Below, piece after piece: positions 9,304-19,791 of a stretch of DNA of 64,000 bases; position 1 is the stretch's first letter; the number at the start of each line of letters is the position of its first letter. This DNA comes from an uncultured Brachyspira sp. (lineage in GTDB: Bacteria > Spirochaetota > JAAYUW01), in assembly GCA_964581895.1 (NCBI GenBank), contig CAZOPR010000001.1:258489-322488 (forward strand). Direction: 5' to 3'. Both the position numbers and the translations under genes were made by a program. Below the pieces are notes generated by a model, which ran no database searches, was not told where the DNA came from, and saw only the letters and a program-made list of their open reading frames with translations.

Positions 9304-10029
9304 TTATTTTGTTTCTTTATCAGTTATAAAACCAGGTATCTCATATTTTTTAGATAGAAAATGAAGTAAATAGGAAAAAATTTCAAAAAGTATAAAATAA
9401 AGAAGTGCACAAACTAAAAATATTGCAAAAGGGTTTAATGTTCCGGTTACACTACTTCCAGTTATACTTTGTGTTAACGGCTGATTTAATATATCTCTAC
9501 CTGCCTTAAGAATTTCAACAAGACCTACTGCGTAGGCAAGAGGAGTATCTTTTAGGACTATGGTAAATTCATTTGTAAATCCTGGCAAAGATAATCTAAG
9601 TGCCTGGGGGATGATTATTATCATAAATGTCTTTGCTTTGGATAATCCTAATGAAAGTCCAGCTTCTGTTTGTTCAGAAGTTATAGATAAAACTGCCCCG
9701 CGATATATTTGAGCTTGATAAGCCGAAGATCTTAAACCAAGTGCTAAAGCTGCAGATAAGAATGGTCCAAGATTTAAGTATTTACCAAGACCAAAATAAA
9801 ATACAAAGATTACTATTAGAGGAGGGGTTCCTTTAAGCACCCATTCATATGCAAAAACTATTTTTTTAGTTATTTTTGAACCATATATTCTTAAAAATGT
9901 GATTAAAATGCCAACAACCATTCCAATAAATATAGCAGCAAATGTTAAAAGTATAGCAGTTAAAGTGGCACTTAAAAGAAGAGGCATATTTTTGAATAAA
10001 AAGAAAAGATTACTATTAATTTCACTCAT
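9304..10029 (-). CDS. polar amino-acid ABC transporter permease (second subunit)
   Basis: Multi-TM protein with EAA-like loop ..SEQTEAGLSLGLSKAKTFMIIIIPQALRLSLPGFTNE. Confidence 0.8.
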   Translation of the reverse strand: MSEINSNLFFLFKNMPLLLSATLTAILLTFAAIFIGMVVGILITFLRIYGSKITKKIVFAYEWVLKGTPPLIVIFVFYFGLGKYLNLGPFLSAALALGLRSSAYQAQIYRGAVLSITSEQTEAGLSLGLSKAKTFMIIIIPQALRLSLPGFTNEFTIVLKDTPLAYAVGLVEILKAGRDILNQPLTQSITGSSVTGTLNPFAIFLVCALLYFILFEIFSYLLHFLSKKYEIPGFITDKETK

Positions 10030-10115
10030 TGCAAATCTTGCCTTTTTTTATTTTAATAAAAGAGCATGAAGGGAACTAACCCTTCATGCCTAAAAACTAA
10101 ATAAAGAAAATAAAA

Positions 10116-10862
10116 TTAGAAATATTTTTTAATTAACTCAAGCCATTCATTTGATTTAAGTAATTCGTCAATTATTTTATTGACTTTTTCAACTAACTTT
10201 GAACCTTTTGGGAAAGCGATACCATAACTTTCATTGCTTTCGATAGTGTAAATGACTTTTACTGGTTTTAATTTTTCGTATCCTTTTGCAGCAGAATCAT
10301 CAATAATAACGCAATCAACATTACCATTTAAAAGTTCTTGAACGGCGTTAATATTGTTATCGAATCTTATTAGCTTTGAATCTTCCATTTTTTTAGTCTT
10401 AATGAAGTTTTCATCTATATAAGCTTCACCAGTAGTTCCTCTTTGAACACCAATTTTAAGTTTTGCAAGATCTTCTTCAGAAGCTATTGTAAGAGAAGAA
10501 TCCTGTTTAACTATGATTGACTGATTGGCTGTATAATATGGAATAGAAAAATCAACAATTTGTTTTCTTTCATCTGTTATAGTCATAGCTGCAATAACCA
10601 TATCGAATTTATTGTTTTGTAATGAAGGGATAAGAGAGTCAAAATCGATATCGTTTATTTCAATCTGTTTTCCGAGTTTTGTTGCGACATATCTTGCGAT
10701 ATCCATATCAATACCGAGGAATTGATCACCATCTTTATATTCAAAAGGTGGATACTCAGCATTTGTACCAACTTTTAAGACAGAAGCTTCTTTTTTACAA
10801 CCAAAAAAAGCTACTAAAACAAAGAGCATTACAAAAAAGACGACTAAAAGTTTGTTTTTCAT
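10116..10862 (-). CDS. amino-acid ABC transporter substrate-binding lipoprotein (SBP family 3)
   Basis: Lipoprotein signal (..VAFFGCKKE). Family-3 SBP motifs include GIDMDIARYVATKLG and DMVIAAMTITDERK. It is first in a 4-gene minus-strand operon (binding protein, permease, ATPase, permease). Confidence 0.8.
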   Translation of the reverse strand: MKNKLLVVFFVMLFVLVAFFGCKKEASVLKVGTNAEYPPFEYKDGDQFLGIDMDIARYVATKLGKQIEINDIDFDSLIPSLQNNKFDMVIAAMTITDERKQIVDFSIPYYTANQSIIVKQDSSLTIASEEDLAKLKIGVQRGTTGEAYIDENFIKTKKMEDSKLIRFDNNINAVQELLNGNVDCVIIDDSAAKGYEKLKPVKVIYTIESNESYGIAFPKGSKLVEKVNKIIDELLKSNEWLELIKKYF

Positions 10863-11127
10863 AACTGTTTCTCCTTTTTATAACTTTGTCGTTGAATGAT
10901 TTAACAATTAAATTTTAAAGAAAAAAAAATATTTGTCAAATATATTAAAGTATATTATGAAATTAAAACAAGTCAAATATTTTAAAAATTTATTAAAATC
11001 AATAAATTCATTAAGTCAACAATTTGTGTATAAATATTGATAAAATTAACTTTAAAATTTCCTTTACATTAAAATTTAGTATGTTAATCAAAGGAAGCAG
11101 TCATAAATATAAAGGAGAGGTAAAATA

Positions 11128-12462
11128 ATGGCAAAGAAAAGAATTATTATAATGGGCGCTGCAGGAAGAGATTTTCATAATTTCAATGTTCTTTATAGAG
11201 ACAATCCTGATTATGAAGTAGTATGTTTTACTGCAACCCAGATTCCAGATATAGCTGGAAGAAAATACCCTGCATCTTTAGCTGGTAAGCTTTATCCAAA
11301 TGGGATTCCTATCGAAGATGAAAAAGATCTTATAGACCTTATTAAAAAACATAACATTGATGAAGTTGTTTTCTCATATTCTGATGTTCAACATGAATAT
11401 GTTATGCATCATGCATCAAGAGTTATGGCAGCAGGCGCAGATTTTAAGGTTGTTGGCTCAAGAACAACAATGCTAAAATCTACTAAACCAGTTATTGCTG
11501 TTTGTGCTGTTAGAACAGGTTGTGGTAAATCTCAGACAACAAGAGCTGTTGCAAATATATTAAAAAAGATGGGTAAAAAAGTTGTTGCTGTTAGACATCC
11601 AATGCCTTATGGTGACCTTGAAAAACAGAAAGTTCAAAGATTTGCTTCTATTGAAGATCTTCAAAAACATAATTGTACTATTGAAGAAATGGAAGAGTAT
11701 GAACCACATATAGCAAGAGGCAATGTTATTTACGCTGGTGTAGATTATGAAGCTATTTTAAGGGCTGCTGAAAATGATCCAGCTGGTTGTGATGTCATTT
11801 TGTGGGATGGTGGAAACAATGATATGCCATTTTATAAACCAGATTTACATATAACTGTTGTTGATCCACACAGACCAGGCCATGAATTCAAATATTATCC
11901 AGGTGAAACAAACCTTTATATGGCAGATGTAATTGTTATAAACAAAATTGATTCTGCTTCAAATGAAAATATACAGATAGTAAGGAAAAATATTCAAACT
12001 GCTAATCCAAAAGCTATAGTTGTTGATGCTGCTTCACCTATATTTATTGATAATTGGCAGGAAATAAAAGGTAAAAGAGTATTGGTAGTTGAAGATGGTC
12101 CAACTCTTACCCATGGAGAAATGACCTATGGTGCTGGAATTGTTGCTGCTCAAAAATTTGGTGCCGCTTCTTTAGTTGATCCAAGACCATGGGTTGTTGG
12201 TAGAATTGAAGAAACATATAAAAAATATCCATACATCGGAACACTTCTCCCAGCTATGGGTTATTCAGAAGCTCAGATTAAAGACCTCGAGACAACAATA
12301 AATAAAGTAGATTGTGATGCTGTTATTATTGCTACACCAATAGACTTAACAAGAATTGTTAAAATTAAAAAACCAGCTTATAGAGTTATTTATGAACTTC
12401 AAGAGATTGGTAAACCTGATTTAACAGATATCTTAACTGAATTTGTCAAGAAGATGAAGTAG
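11128..12462 (+). CDS. COG2403-family predicted GTPase / cyclic 2,3-diphosphoglycerate synthetase-like protein
   Basis: A 444 aa protein with an N-terminal Rossmann-like IIIMGAAGRDFHN and a P-loop-like AVRTGCGKSQTT. Its overall layout matches the cDPG-synthetase/COG2403 family. Local GC is visibly higher than the surroundings. Strong RBS AAGGAGAGG lies 7 nt upstream. Confidence 0.5.
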   Translation: MAKKRIIIMGAAGRDFHNFNVLYRDNPDYEVVCFTATQIPDIAGRKYPASLAGKLYPNGIPIEDEKDLIDLIKKHNIDEVVFSYSDVQHEYVMHHASRVMAAGADFKVVGSRTTMLKSTKPVIAVCAVRTGCGKSQTTRAVANILKKMGKKVVAVRHPMPYGDLEKQKVQRFASIEDLQKHNCTIEEMEEYEPHIARGNVIYAGVDYEAILRAAENDPAGCDVILWDGGNNDMPFYKPDLHITVVDPHRPGHEFKYYPGETNLYMADVIVINKIDSASNENIQIVRKNIQTANPKAIVVDAASPIFIDNWQEIKGKRVLVVEDGPTLTHGEMTYGAGIVAAQKFGAASLVDPRPWVVGRIEETYKKYPYIGTLLPAMGYSEAQIKDLETTINKVDCDAVIIATPIDLTRIVKIKKPAYRVIYELQEIGKPDLTDILTEFVKKMK

Positions 12463-12486
12463 TACTTATCATTTTTTTATTAAAAA

Positions 12487-12527
12487 AAGAGGGTTATCTC
12501 TTAGCCAAGAGATAACCCTCTTTTTTT
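12487..12527. terminator. bidirectional rho-independent terminator between convergent genes
   Basis: Perfect 16-bp inverted repeat AAGAGGGTTATCTCTT / AAGAGATAACCCTCTT with a 4-nt loop, flanked by an A7 run on the left and a T7 run on the right. Confidence 0.85.
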
Positions 12528-12554
12528 AGACGAATAAAATATTTAATGAAATAT

Positions 12555-13628
12555 CTAATGAAAAAGTAAATCTTTTAATTCATAGCAAGTCAAAAATCTA
12601 TTTTTAATAATGTCAAAAATTTCAAAATGTAAATGCTTGCCATGGCCAAATTTTCTCGCATTAAGACCAGTATTTCCACCAAGTCCTATTGGCTCACCTG
12701 CTTTTATTATCTGACCTTTTACAACATTTACCTCATAGAGATGAAAATAAGAAACAAATCTTTTTCCAATAGGATCATAAATAATTACACCATTTCCACT
12801 TTTGGGTGATATTCCACCACCTTTATATGATTCAAAAGTTGTCCCACCAATCCATCCGTTTTCAGCTACGACAACTATCCCAGATGTGAATGAAAAAATT
12901 TGAGGACCAATTTCTTCACCATTTACTTTGTTTACTTTCTTAAAAAAGATATCTATTGCATTTTGATGGTTATATTTTAGTTCTTTATTTTTAGGAATGA
13001 TAAAATCTTTTTGTCTCATAATTTTTGAATATGTTTTGTAGCTGGTTTTATCATCTCTAAAGATATTAAAATAATATGTTAAAAGTTCGAAAAATTGATC
13101 TTTGACTGGATAATAGATTTTTCTCAAATATATAAAATCTTTGTAAAAATCTGATGAAAGATTATCTTGATATGCATTTTCTATGACAGATTTAGCAAAT
13201 GTATCAGTATATAGTATAGAAAGGATTATTTGATAAGATGGTAAAATAGCATTAAAAATTTCATCTTTTTCTATTAAGTTTTGCTCTTTAAGAACCTTTA
13301 GATTCTCAAAAAGATTTTGTTTTTGTGGATAATCAAGATTTGAAAACTCTATTGGATTTAGCTTTGATATTAAATCAAACTTATTTTTTGTTTTAATTAC
13401 TATATCTTTATAATCCTGACTATCAGCAATAGGTTTTGGGTTGTTTTGTGAAAATCTATAAGAATTATCTTTTCCTTCAAAAATAAAGTTGCTCGCATCA
13501 GAAATTTCACTGCCAGCACCTTTATTAGAAATATAGTTTACAGTCATAAAAACTAAAATAGAAGAAAAAAGACAGATAAATGCAATTAAAAATGTTATGT
13601 AAAGATTAGCTATATTTTTATTCTTCAA
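12555..13628 (-). CDS. M23 family metallopeptidase (LytM domain), membrane-anchored
   Basis: N-terminal TM helix. The C-terminal M23 domain has the HLHFEI motif, ..[22 protein letters not shown]. Its start overlaps the MCP stop by 11 nt. Confidence 0.75.
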   Translation of the reverse strand: MKNKNIANLYITFLIAFICLFSSILVFMTVNYISNKGAGSEISDASNFIFEGKDNSYRFSQNNPKPIADSQDYKDIVIKTKNKFDLISKLNPIEFSNLDYPQKQNLFENLKVLKEQNLIEKDEIFNAILPSYQIILSILYTDTFAKSVIENAYQDNLSSDFYKDFIYLRKIYYPVKDQFFELLTYYFNIFRDDKTSYKTYSKIMRQKDFIIPKNKELKYNHQNAIDIFFKKVNKVNGEEIGPQIFSFTSGIVVVAENGWIGGTTFESYKGGGISPKSGNGVIIYDPIGKRFVSYFHLYEVNVVKGQIIKAGEPIGLGGNTGLNARKFGHGKHLHFEIFDIIKNRFLTCYELKDLLFH

Positions 13629-15834
13629 TTCTTTGAATTCCTTTTTCTTCTATTTCTAAATTTTTTGTATCTGGTAAAGATTCAAATTTTTCACTTTTTG
13701 ATAGTTTATTCTTCTTGTTTTCCGAGGCAAAATCATCTTCCTTAACTGTAAATTTATCTGTTAGCTCAAGTAATGAAGAGACATCAGCTTTTGTCATGTT
13801 GGCAAGTTTTGTAACATTTGATACAGCCTTGTTTATTTCAGATACGGCAGAAAAGATCTCTTCATTTCCATTTTTTACATTGTAGGATATCTGATTTAAT
13901 TTTTTAATTGCTGTTAAGATTTCATTGTTTCCGGCTTTCATTTCAGCTGAGCTATTTTTTACAGAGGAGGTGATCTGATTCATCTTTCTTAAAGCTTCGA
14001 GAATTTGTTTACTACCTTCTTTTTGTTCATTCATTGATAGTTTTATATCTTCTGCCATTTTGTTTACAGAAACGATCTTATCTAAAATAGTGTTAAAAGC
14101 TTCCGAAGTTTCTTTTGAAGTGCTTGCGACTTTGTCAATAGCAGATTTTATTTGATTTAAGTTTTGAGTAATTGTTTTGGATTGAGAAGCTGTTTGTTCT
14201 GAAAGTTTTCTTATCTCATCCGCAACCACGGCAAAACCTTTTCCAAATTCACCAGCATGGGCAGCTTCAATTGCAGCATTCATCGCAAGTAGATTTGTTT
14301 TATCGGCAATGGACATTATTAAAGAAGTGGTAGATATAAGATTTTCAGACATTTTGGATATCTCTTTTATTGTTACAAAAACATCATCCAGTCTTTTTTT
14401 CCCATCATTAGAAATCTGTAAAAGTTCTTCTGTGTTTTTACCAGTATTTTCAGCGTTTGATGCCACAGATGCTATGTTTGAAACCATCTCTTCTATAGCA
14501 GAAGATGATTCATTTATATTTGCTGCCTGGTCTTCTATGACCTGATTCAAACTGTCTATAGATCTTGTAAGCTCTTCTACTGCAGCCGATGTCTGAGTAA
14601 CTGATGCAACCTGATCATCTATCTGATGCTTTGAACTTTCAATATTTTTATTGATTTCGTAAATTGCAGCAGCAGTTTCTTCCATATTGCTTGCAAGATT
14701 TATACTTATTTCATTCAATTCACCAGCCTTAAATTTGACATTTCTTATTATTTGATTAAATGTTTCAATTAAATTATTTAGTTGTTTAGCAATATGTCCG
14801 ATTTCATCTTTTGTTTTAACTTTAAAAACGGCTCTTAAATCTCCAGATGTAATTTGTTTAATAGGAGTTAAAAGATTGATTATATGTCTTATTACTGTTA
14901 CATTGGTAAAAATCAAAACTATAATAATAATAATTATCAAAGTTATAGCAAGAAAGATTATAATGGTATTAATATATTTTCTTGAAAGAGTTAATATGGC
15001 ATTTTTTGAATCTATTACAGTTGCAGTGATTGGCCAATTGTTGAATCTTTTAAATGCCATAAACTTTTTTTCATTTTTGAAAGTATATTCTATTATACCA
15101 CTGTTATCTTTAGAATTAATTAGTTTTTGCATAAAATCATAATTTGCTAAAGAGGTCAATACAAGAGTCCTATCTTTATGAAATAGATTTATACCTTTAT
15201 CATCATTTAATGCAATACTTCCATTTACCCCAAAAATTTTAGAACCAACAAGATTTTCACAGATTTTTGTAAGAGAAAGCTCTGAGTAGATATAATAAAT
15301 CCCATCTTTATCAATATTTATTTTTATTGTAACAGGAATAACAACAGAATCATTAATAATAGACTTTACAGGGTTTTTCCATATTTTTGATTCGCTTTTA
15401 TCTTCAATTAAATTTGCGAAGATCGGAAGATCCTTTATTTTGACTTTTTTTGAATGATTTGAAGCTATTAATTCAAACATAGGAGAAAAGATTGATATGC
15501 TTTCAACATAAGATGATTGAAGTGATTTGTTTGTAATAAATCTTGTAAGTTCATAATAATTTTTTGAAGATAACAAAGATGAGATTTTATAATCACTTAA
15601 AAGATTTATAAGATTTTTTGATTCAATCTCAAAAATTTGTTCTAAAAAATCAGTTATTAATATTACTTCATTTTGTAAGACTCCTACTGATTTTTTAACT
15701 TCATTTGAAGATATATAAGAATTTAAAAAAAGTGATATAATAAAGAAAATTAGTATTAAAATAAAAGCAACGCCTAAAGTCATTTTCATGGCTAATGATG
15801 AATATTCTTTTTTTTTAGACATTTTCTTCTCCAA
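13618..15834 (-). CDS. methyl-accepting chemotaxis protein with periplasmic Cache-like sensor and HAMP domain
   Basis: Two TM helices flank a ~270 aa periplasmic domain, followed by HAMP. The highly conserved MCP signalling segment is ..[35 protein letters not shown]. Confidence 0.9.
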   Translation of the reverse strand: MEKKMSKKKEYSSLAMKMTLGVAFILILIFFIISLFLNSYISSNEVKKSVGVLQNEVILITDFLEQIFEIESKNLINLLSDYKISSLLSSKNYYELTRFITNKSLQSSYVESISIFSPMFELIASNHSKKVKIKDLPIFANLIEDKSESKIWKNPVKSIINDSVVIPVTIKINIDKDGIYYIYSELSLTKICENLVGSKIFGVNGSIALNDDKGINLFHKDRTLVLTSLANYDFMQKLINSKDNSGIIEYTFKNEKKFMAFKRFNNWPITATVIDSKNAILTLSRKYINTIIIFLAITLIIIIIIVLIFTNVTVIRHIINLLTPIKQITSGDLRAVFKVKTKDEIGHIAKQLNNLIETFNQIIRNVKFKAGELNEISINLASNMEETAAAIYEINKNIESSKHQIDDQVASVTQTSAAVEELTRSIDSLNQVIEDQAANINESSSAIEEMVSNIASVASNAENTGKNTEELLQISNDGKKRLDDVFVTIKEISKMSENLISTTSLIMSIADKTNLLAMNAAIEAAHAGEFGKGFAVVADEIRKLSEQTASQSKTITQNLNQIKSAIDKVASTSKETSEAFNTILDKIVSVNKMAEDIKLSMNEQKEGSKQILEALRKMNQITSSVKNSSAEMKAGNNEILTAIKKLNQISYNVKNGNEEIFSAVSEINKAVSNVTKLANMTKADVSSLLELTDKFTVKEDDFASENKKNKLSKSEKFESLPDTKNLEIEEKGIQRIEE

Positions 15835-16083
15835 AAAATATTTTTTTTAAAACATAAAAATATTGTTTTAATATCCTAGATAATATTATTTAATATTAGA
15901 AAACTTTATAAATAAATCGTTCCAAAATGAAATTTGGCCTTTTTTACATTATGCTTTTCTTGTTTTATTTATAAAATATATTACATTTTTTTCAATACAA
16001 TAAGAATATCGAAATTTGACTTGAAATAATAAAATATTTGCAAAAATGCTTGGTATGTTAACTTTTTTATGGAGGAGTTTTCA

Positions 16084-16407
16084 ATGGATGAAAATTTGAT
16101 TAAAAAATTATCTTTTTTAAGTAGAGTAAGTAAAATAGACAAAAATCTTGAAAAAGATTTTGAATTGATACTAAATTTTGTAAATAAAATATCAATGTTT
16201 AACGCTTTTTCAAATGATTTTGAAAAATTCGATGATAAAAAATCTGTTTTATCTCAAAATTTAAGAGAAGATAATATTAAAAATTTTATTGATAATAAAG
16301 ATATAGTAAAAAATTTTTCAAATAAGGAAGACCAGTTTTGCATTGTTCCTATTGTTATAGAAAAAGAAAAATTAAATGAAGAAAATAATAAAGAGGAAGA
16401 TATATGA
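16084..16407 (+). CDS. gatC: glutamyl-tRNA(Gln) amidotransferase subunit C (GatC), with C-terminal low-complexity tail
   Basis: The GatC pattern ..LSFLSRVSKIDKNLEKDFELILNFVNKISMFN .. FCIVPIVIE is present. The gene overlaps gatA by ATGA. GGAGGAG 6 nt upstream supports ATG 16084 over the listed ATG at 16069. Confidence 0.6.
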   Translation: MDENLIKKLSFLSRVSKIDKNLEKDFELILNFVNKISMFNAFSNDFEKFDDKKSVLSQNLREDNIKNFIDNKDIVKNFSNKEDQFCIVPIVIEKEKLNEENNKEEDI

Positions 16408-17912
16408 TAAATATTGAACCATTAAGAAAATCTTACCTTTTAGAAGAGAACTTTGCTAAAATAATAGAAAAATATAATGAAGTAATCAAAAATAATGACA
16501 AATATTTTGCTTATTTATATGAAAATGAAAAACAGATAAAAGATTTATCAGGTGATGAAGATTTAACAATAAAAGGTTTTTCAAATTTTTTAAAAAGTAT
16601 CCCTGTTATGATAAAGGATAATATCGCAGTCAAAGGATTGAAAAACAGTTGTGCTTCAAAAATCTTGGAAAGTTATATCGCTTCCTATGATGCAGATGTT
16701 GTAAAATTCTTAAAAGAAAAAGGTGCAAAGATTCTTGCAAAAACAAATATGGATGAATTTGCTATGGGTAGCACTACCGAAAATTCTTCTTTTGGTCCTA
16801 CAAAAAACCCACTAAACATAGAATATATACCTGGAGGATCTTCTGGAGGAAGTGCTGCTGCTGTTAGTAGTGGAATGGTCCCAGTTGCTCTTGGTTCAGA
16901 TACCGGCGGTTCGGTTCGTCAACCAGCAAGTCTCTGTGGGATCTATGGTTTTAAGCCAACCTGGGGTTCAGTATCAAGATGGGGTCTTGTTGCCTTTGCA
17001 TCTTCACTTGATGTTATAGGAATATTGGCATCCAATTTTTTGGATCTTCTATTTGTTTTTGATATCATCGCACAAAAGTCTTTAAATGATATGACCGGTA
17101 TCAATATTGAAAGAACAGATTTTTTTAATAGTCTTAAAGAGATTTTACTTATTGAAACTGAAAATAAAATGAAAAAAGAAAAAATTATAGATAAAATTAA
17201 AAATGAGAAATTTGATAAAAAAAAGATAGGTATAGTTAAAGGTATCGAAAATTTTATTTCCTGTGAGGATACCAAAAGAATTTATTTTGAACAGATAACA
17301 AGATTAAGAAAAGAAGGCAATGAAATTGTCGAGATGGATTTTCCAGTACCAATAGATTTACCACTTTCAACATACTATATAATTGCACCAGCAGAAGCAT
17401 CATCTAATCTTGCAAGATACGATGGCATTAGATTTGGTAAAAAACTTGCCAATAAAAATGAACTAAATAAAGCAGATCTATTCTATTCTGTTGCAAATCT
17501 TAGATATGAAAATTTTGGAAAAGAGGTTTTAAGAAGAATTACAATTGGAAATTTTGTTTTATCTTCTGGTTACCAAGATAAGTACTATGCAAAAGCGCAG
17601 AGAATAAGAAAATATTTAATCTATAAGTTTAACCAACTTTTTGAAGATATAGATTTACTTTTGACTCCAACTACACCATCTTATTTAAAGAAAATTGGTG
17701 AAAAGATACAACCTATAGATGAATATAGTGCAGACATATTTACTGTTACTGCCAATATTATTGGTGCACCTGCAATATCTATCCCTTCTGGATATAATAG
17801 TAAAAATGGGGTAGGTATCGGTATGCATTATATGGCAAAACCAGAAAGTGATTTTTCATTGTTAACTTCAATAATTTCCCTTTATAAAGAAGATATTTTA
17901 AGTAGTATCTGA
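16404..17912 (+). CDS. gatA: glutamyl-tRNA(Gln) amidotransferase subunit A (GatA)
   Basis: Amidase signature GGSSGGSAAAVSSGMVPVALGSDTGGSVRQPASLCGIYGFKPTWG. It is 502 aa with a Lys-rich insertion around residues 250-290. Confidence 0.9.
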   Translation: MINIEPLRKSYLLEENFAKIIEKYNEVIKNNDKYFAYLYENEKQIKDLSGDEDLTIKGFSNFLKSIPVMIKDNIAVKGLKNSCASKILESYIASYDADVVKFLKEKGAKILAKTNMDEFAMGSTTENSSFGPTKNPLNIEYIPGGSSGGSAAAVSSGMVPVALGSDTGGSVRQPASLCGIYGFKPTWGSVSRWGLVAFASSLDVIGILASNFLDLLFVFDIIAQKSLNDMTGINIERTDFFNSLKEILLIETENKMKKEKIIDKIKNEKFDKKKIGIVKGIENFISCEDTKRIYFEQITRLRKEGNEIVEMDFPVPIDLPLSTYYIIAPAEASSNLARYDGIRFGKKLANKNELNKADLFYSVANLRYENFGKEVLRRITIGNFVLSSGYQDKYYAKAQRIRKYLIYKFNQLFEDIDLLLTPTTPSYLKKIGEKIQPIDEYSADIFTVTANIIGAPAISIPSGYNSKNGVGIGMHYMAKPESDFSLLTSIISLYKEDILSSI

Positions 17913-18047
17913 TTATTTCAAGCATTGCTTTATTGACCAGATTAAATTAAAAAGATTAAAATAAATAGAAAATATTTATATAATAAGGTGCAAAAAGGAA
18001 AAATATAAATAATTTTATGAAAAAATTTAATAAAGAAGAGATATTGA

Positions 18048-18620
18048 ATGAAAGATGGTATTAGAATAATTGGAGGAAATTTTAAAGGAAGAAAAATATT
18101 GGTACCACCAACTGATCTAAGGCCGACAATCAGTATGGTTAAAGAGGCTGTTTTTGATATAATTGATGATAAAATAGTTAATTCAGTTGTTTTAGACCTT
18201 TTTGCAGGAAGTGGAAATTATGGGATTGAGGCATTTTCAAGAGGTGCAAGGCAGGTAGATTTTGTAGATAAGGATAATAAATCCTGCAAAACTATCAAAG
18301 AAAACCTAAAAGAGCTTGGTTTAAAGGCAAATGTTTTTTCTCTTGATTTTAGAAGGTTTTTAAGATCCTGGAATTGTAGCTATGATTTTATTTTTGCTTC
18401 TCCACCCTATTTTTTAGGTTTTGAAAATGATATATTAAGTCATATATATAAATACCATAGATTAAAAGATGAAGGGGTATTATTTCTTCAAATATTTAAA
18501 AAAATTGATCCAGATCTATCTAATTTTTTAGTTTTAGATGAAAGAAGATATGGAATAACAAAACTATTTATTCTTAAAAATAAAGTTGATGAAAATTCGA
18601 AAAAAATGAATAATTGCTGA
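18048..18620 (+). CDS. rsmD: 16S rRNA (guanine966-N2)-methyltransferase RsmD
   Basis: SAM-binding motif LDLFAGSGNYGIEAFSRGA, an acidic loop VDFVDKD, and a catalytic (D/S)PPY motif FASPPY. Confidence 0.75.
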   Translation: MKDGIRIIGGNFKGRKILVPPTDLRPTISMVKEAVFDIIDDKIVNSVVLDLFAGSGNYGIEAFSRGARQVDFVDKDNKSCKTIKENLKELGLKANVFSLDFRRFLRSWNCSYDFIFASPPYFLGFENDILSHIYKYHRLKDEGVLFLQIFKKIDPDLSNFLVLDERRYGITKLFILKNKVDENSKKMNNC

Positions 18621-18723
18621 AAGTAAAATAAAGAATTTTAAAAATTAATAAAAAATAAAGAATAAATAATTTTTATAAGAAATAAAAAATTAGAAAAGCA
18701 AAAAATTAAAAAAAGGAAGATTT

Positions 18724-19752
18724 TTGAGAAAAGTAAAACTTGCAAAATTATCTTCAAATGAGGATTTAGTTGAGACAATCCATTCTTTTATAGATGCACT
18801 TTATCTTGAGTTATCATTAGATCCAAAACCTGGTCTTATTACACCAATTAGCCAGAATAGACATAAAGATATGGATTACTTTATTATGTTTGAAACTATC
18901 CCTTTGATAAGAAAATACCTTTATGGACTTTTGAATTTATGCGATGAAGTGTTTTATTATCAAAGTGAAGAGACATTTGAACTTTCAGATAAAAAAATCA
19001 CTTCTGAATATCTATTAAAATATTTTTTTTCTAACTTAAAAGAGGGGATAGATAGATTTTTGCATTTTGGTCTTATAATTGAAAAACAGATGTTTTCAAA
19101 AACAAAAGGAATAAATACTTATAAAGGTATTATCTTTACTTATTCAATACTTTTTATATCAATGTATATATTTTTAGAGATTTATGAATACAAGATTCTT
19201 GAAGATAATGAAAATGGATATAATCTCAGAAGATACTCATTTATAAAAATTTATTCATATCTAGTTCAAAAGGTTGGAGAAATTTTTGCTGAATATAAAA
19301 TAAAGACAAATAATCTTCCGAAGTCTACATATGGAGCTAGAACTTATGAAAAATATAAATATAGAGGTGTTATCGATGAGGCAAAAAAAGGTTATCCTAT
19401 TATATTTAAGTCAATAAATTATTTTTTGAACCTCAAAAGTAAATTGAATATTGAATCTTTTGTTCATGATCCACAATTTTTTATAGAGAAAAAGATAGTT
19501 TTACTTAAAGTATTTTTATTTATCTGCTCAAATTTAAAAGATACAAATATATTAGGTAAATTAGGTGAGGAGATTTTGATTGAATATCAAAGACTTTGCT
19601 CTAATGTTATGAAAAGAAAAAATCAAAAAAACTTTTTTAATGGTATTGATAGCTTAAATGAATTTTGCCTTAAAAATGATATATCTTCAGGTGGAAGTGC
19701 CGATCTATTTAGCAGTGTGATTGCATTATTAAAGATTTTTAATCTATTTTAA
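18724..19752 (+). CDS. triphosphoribosyl-dephospho-CoA synthase (CitG/MdcB) family protein
   Basis: CitG hallmark ..LSLDPKPGLITPISQNRHKDMDYFIMFETIPLI (kPGLVd..n.GaH.DMd...f..S). TTG start with AGGAAG 5 nt upstream. There are no citrate-lyase or malonate-decarboxylase genes nearby. Confidence 0.55.
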   Translation: MRKVKLAKLSSNEDLVETIHSFIDALYLELSLDPKPGLITPISQNRHKDMDYFIMFETIPLIRKYLYGLLNLCDEVFYYQSEETFELSDKKITSEYLLKYFFSNLKEGIDRFLHFGLIIEKQMFSKTKGINTYKGIIFTYSILFISMYIFLEIYEYKILEDNENGYNLRRYSFIKIYSYLVQKVGEIFAEYKIKTNNLPKSTYGARTYEKYKYRGVIDEAKKGYPIIFKSINYFLNLKSKLNIESFVHDPQFFIEKKIVLLKVFLFICSNLKDTNILGKLGEEILIEYQRLCSNVMKRKNQKNFFNGIDSLNEFCLKNDISSGGSADLFSSVIALLKIFNLF

Positions 19753-19791
19753 AAATTTAAAAGCAAAGATCAATTTCCCTAGGAATTTTTT

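Noticed and set aside
11128-12462. Horizontal transfer island inferred from higher GC in this gene and in the opp operon (27213-34320)
   Set aside because: Elevated GC coincides with the most conserved proteins (P-loop enzyme, ABC ATPases). That is expected from amino-acid constraints in an AT-rich genome. No flanking tRNA, integrase or direct repeats were seen, so it is kept only as a low-weight remark in a finding.
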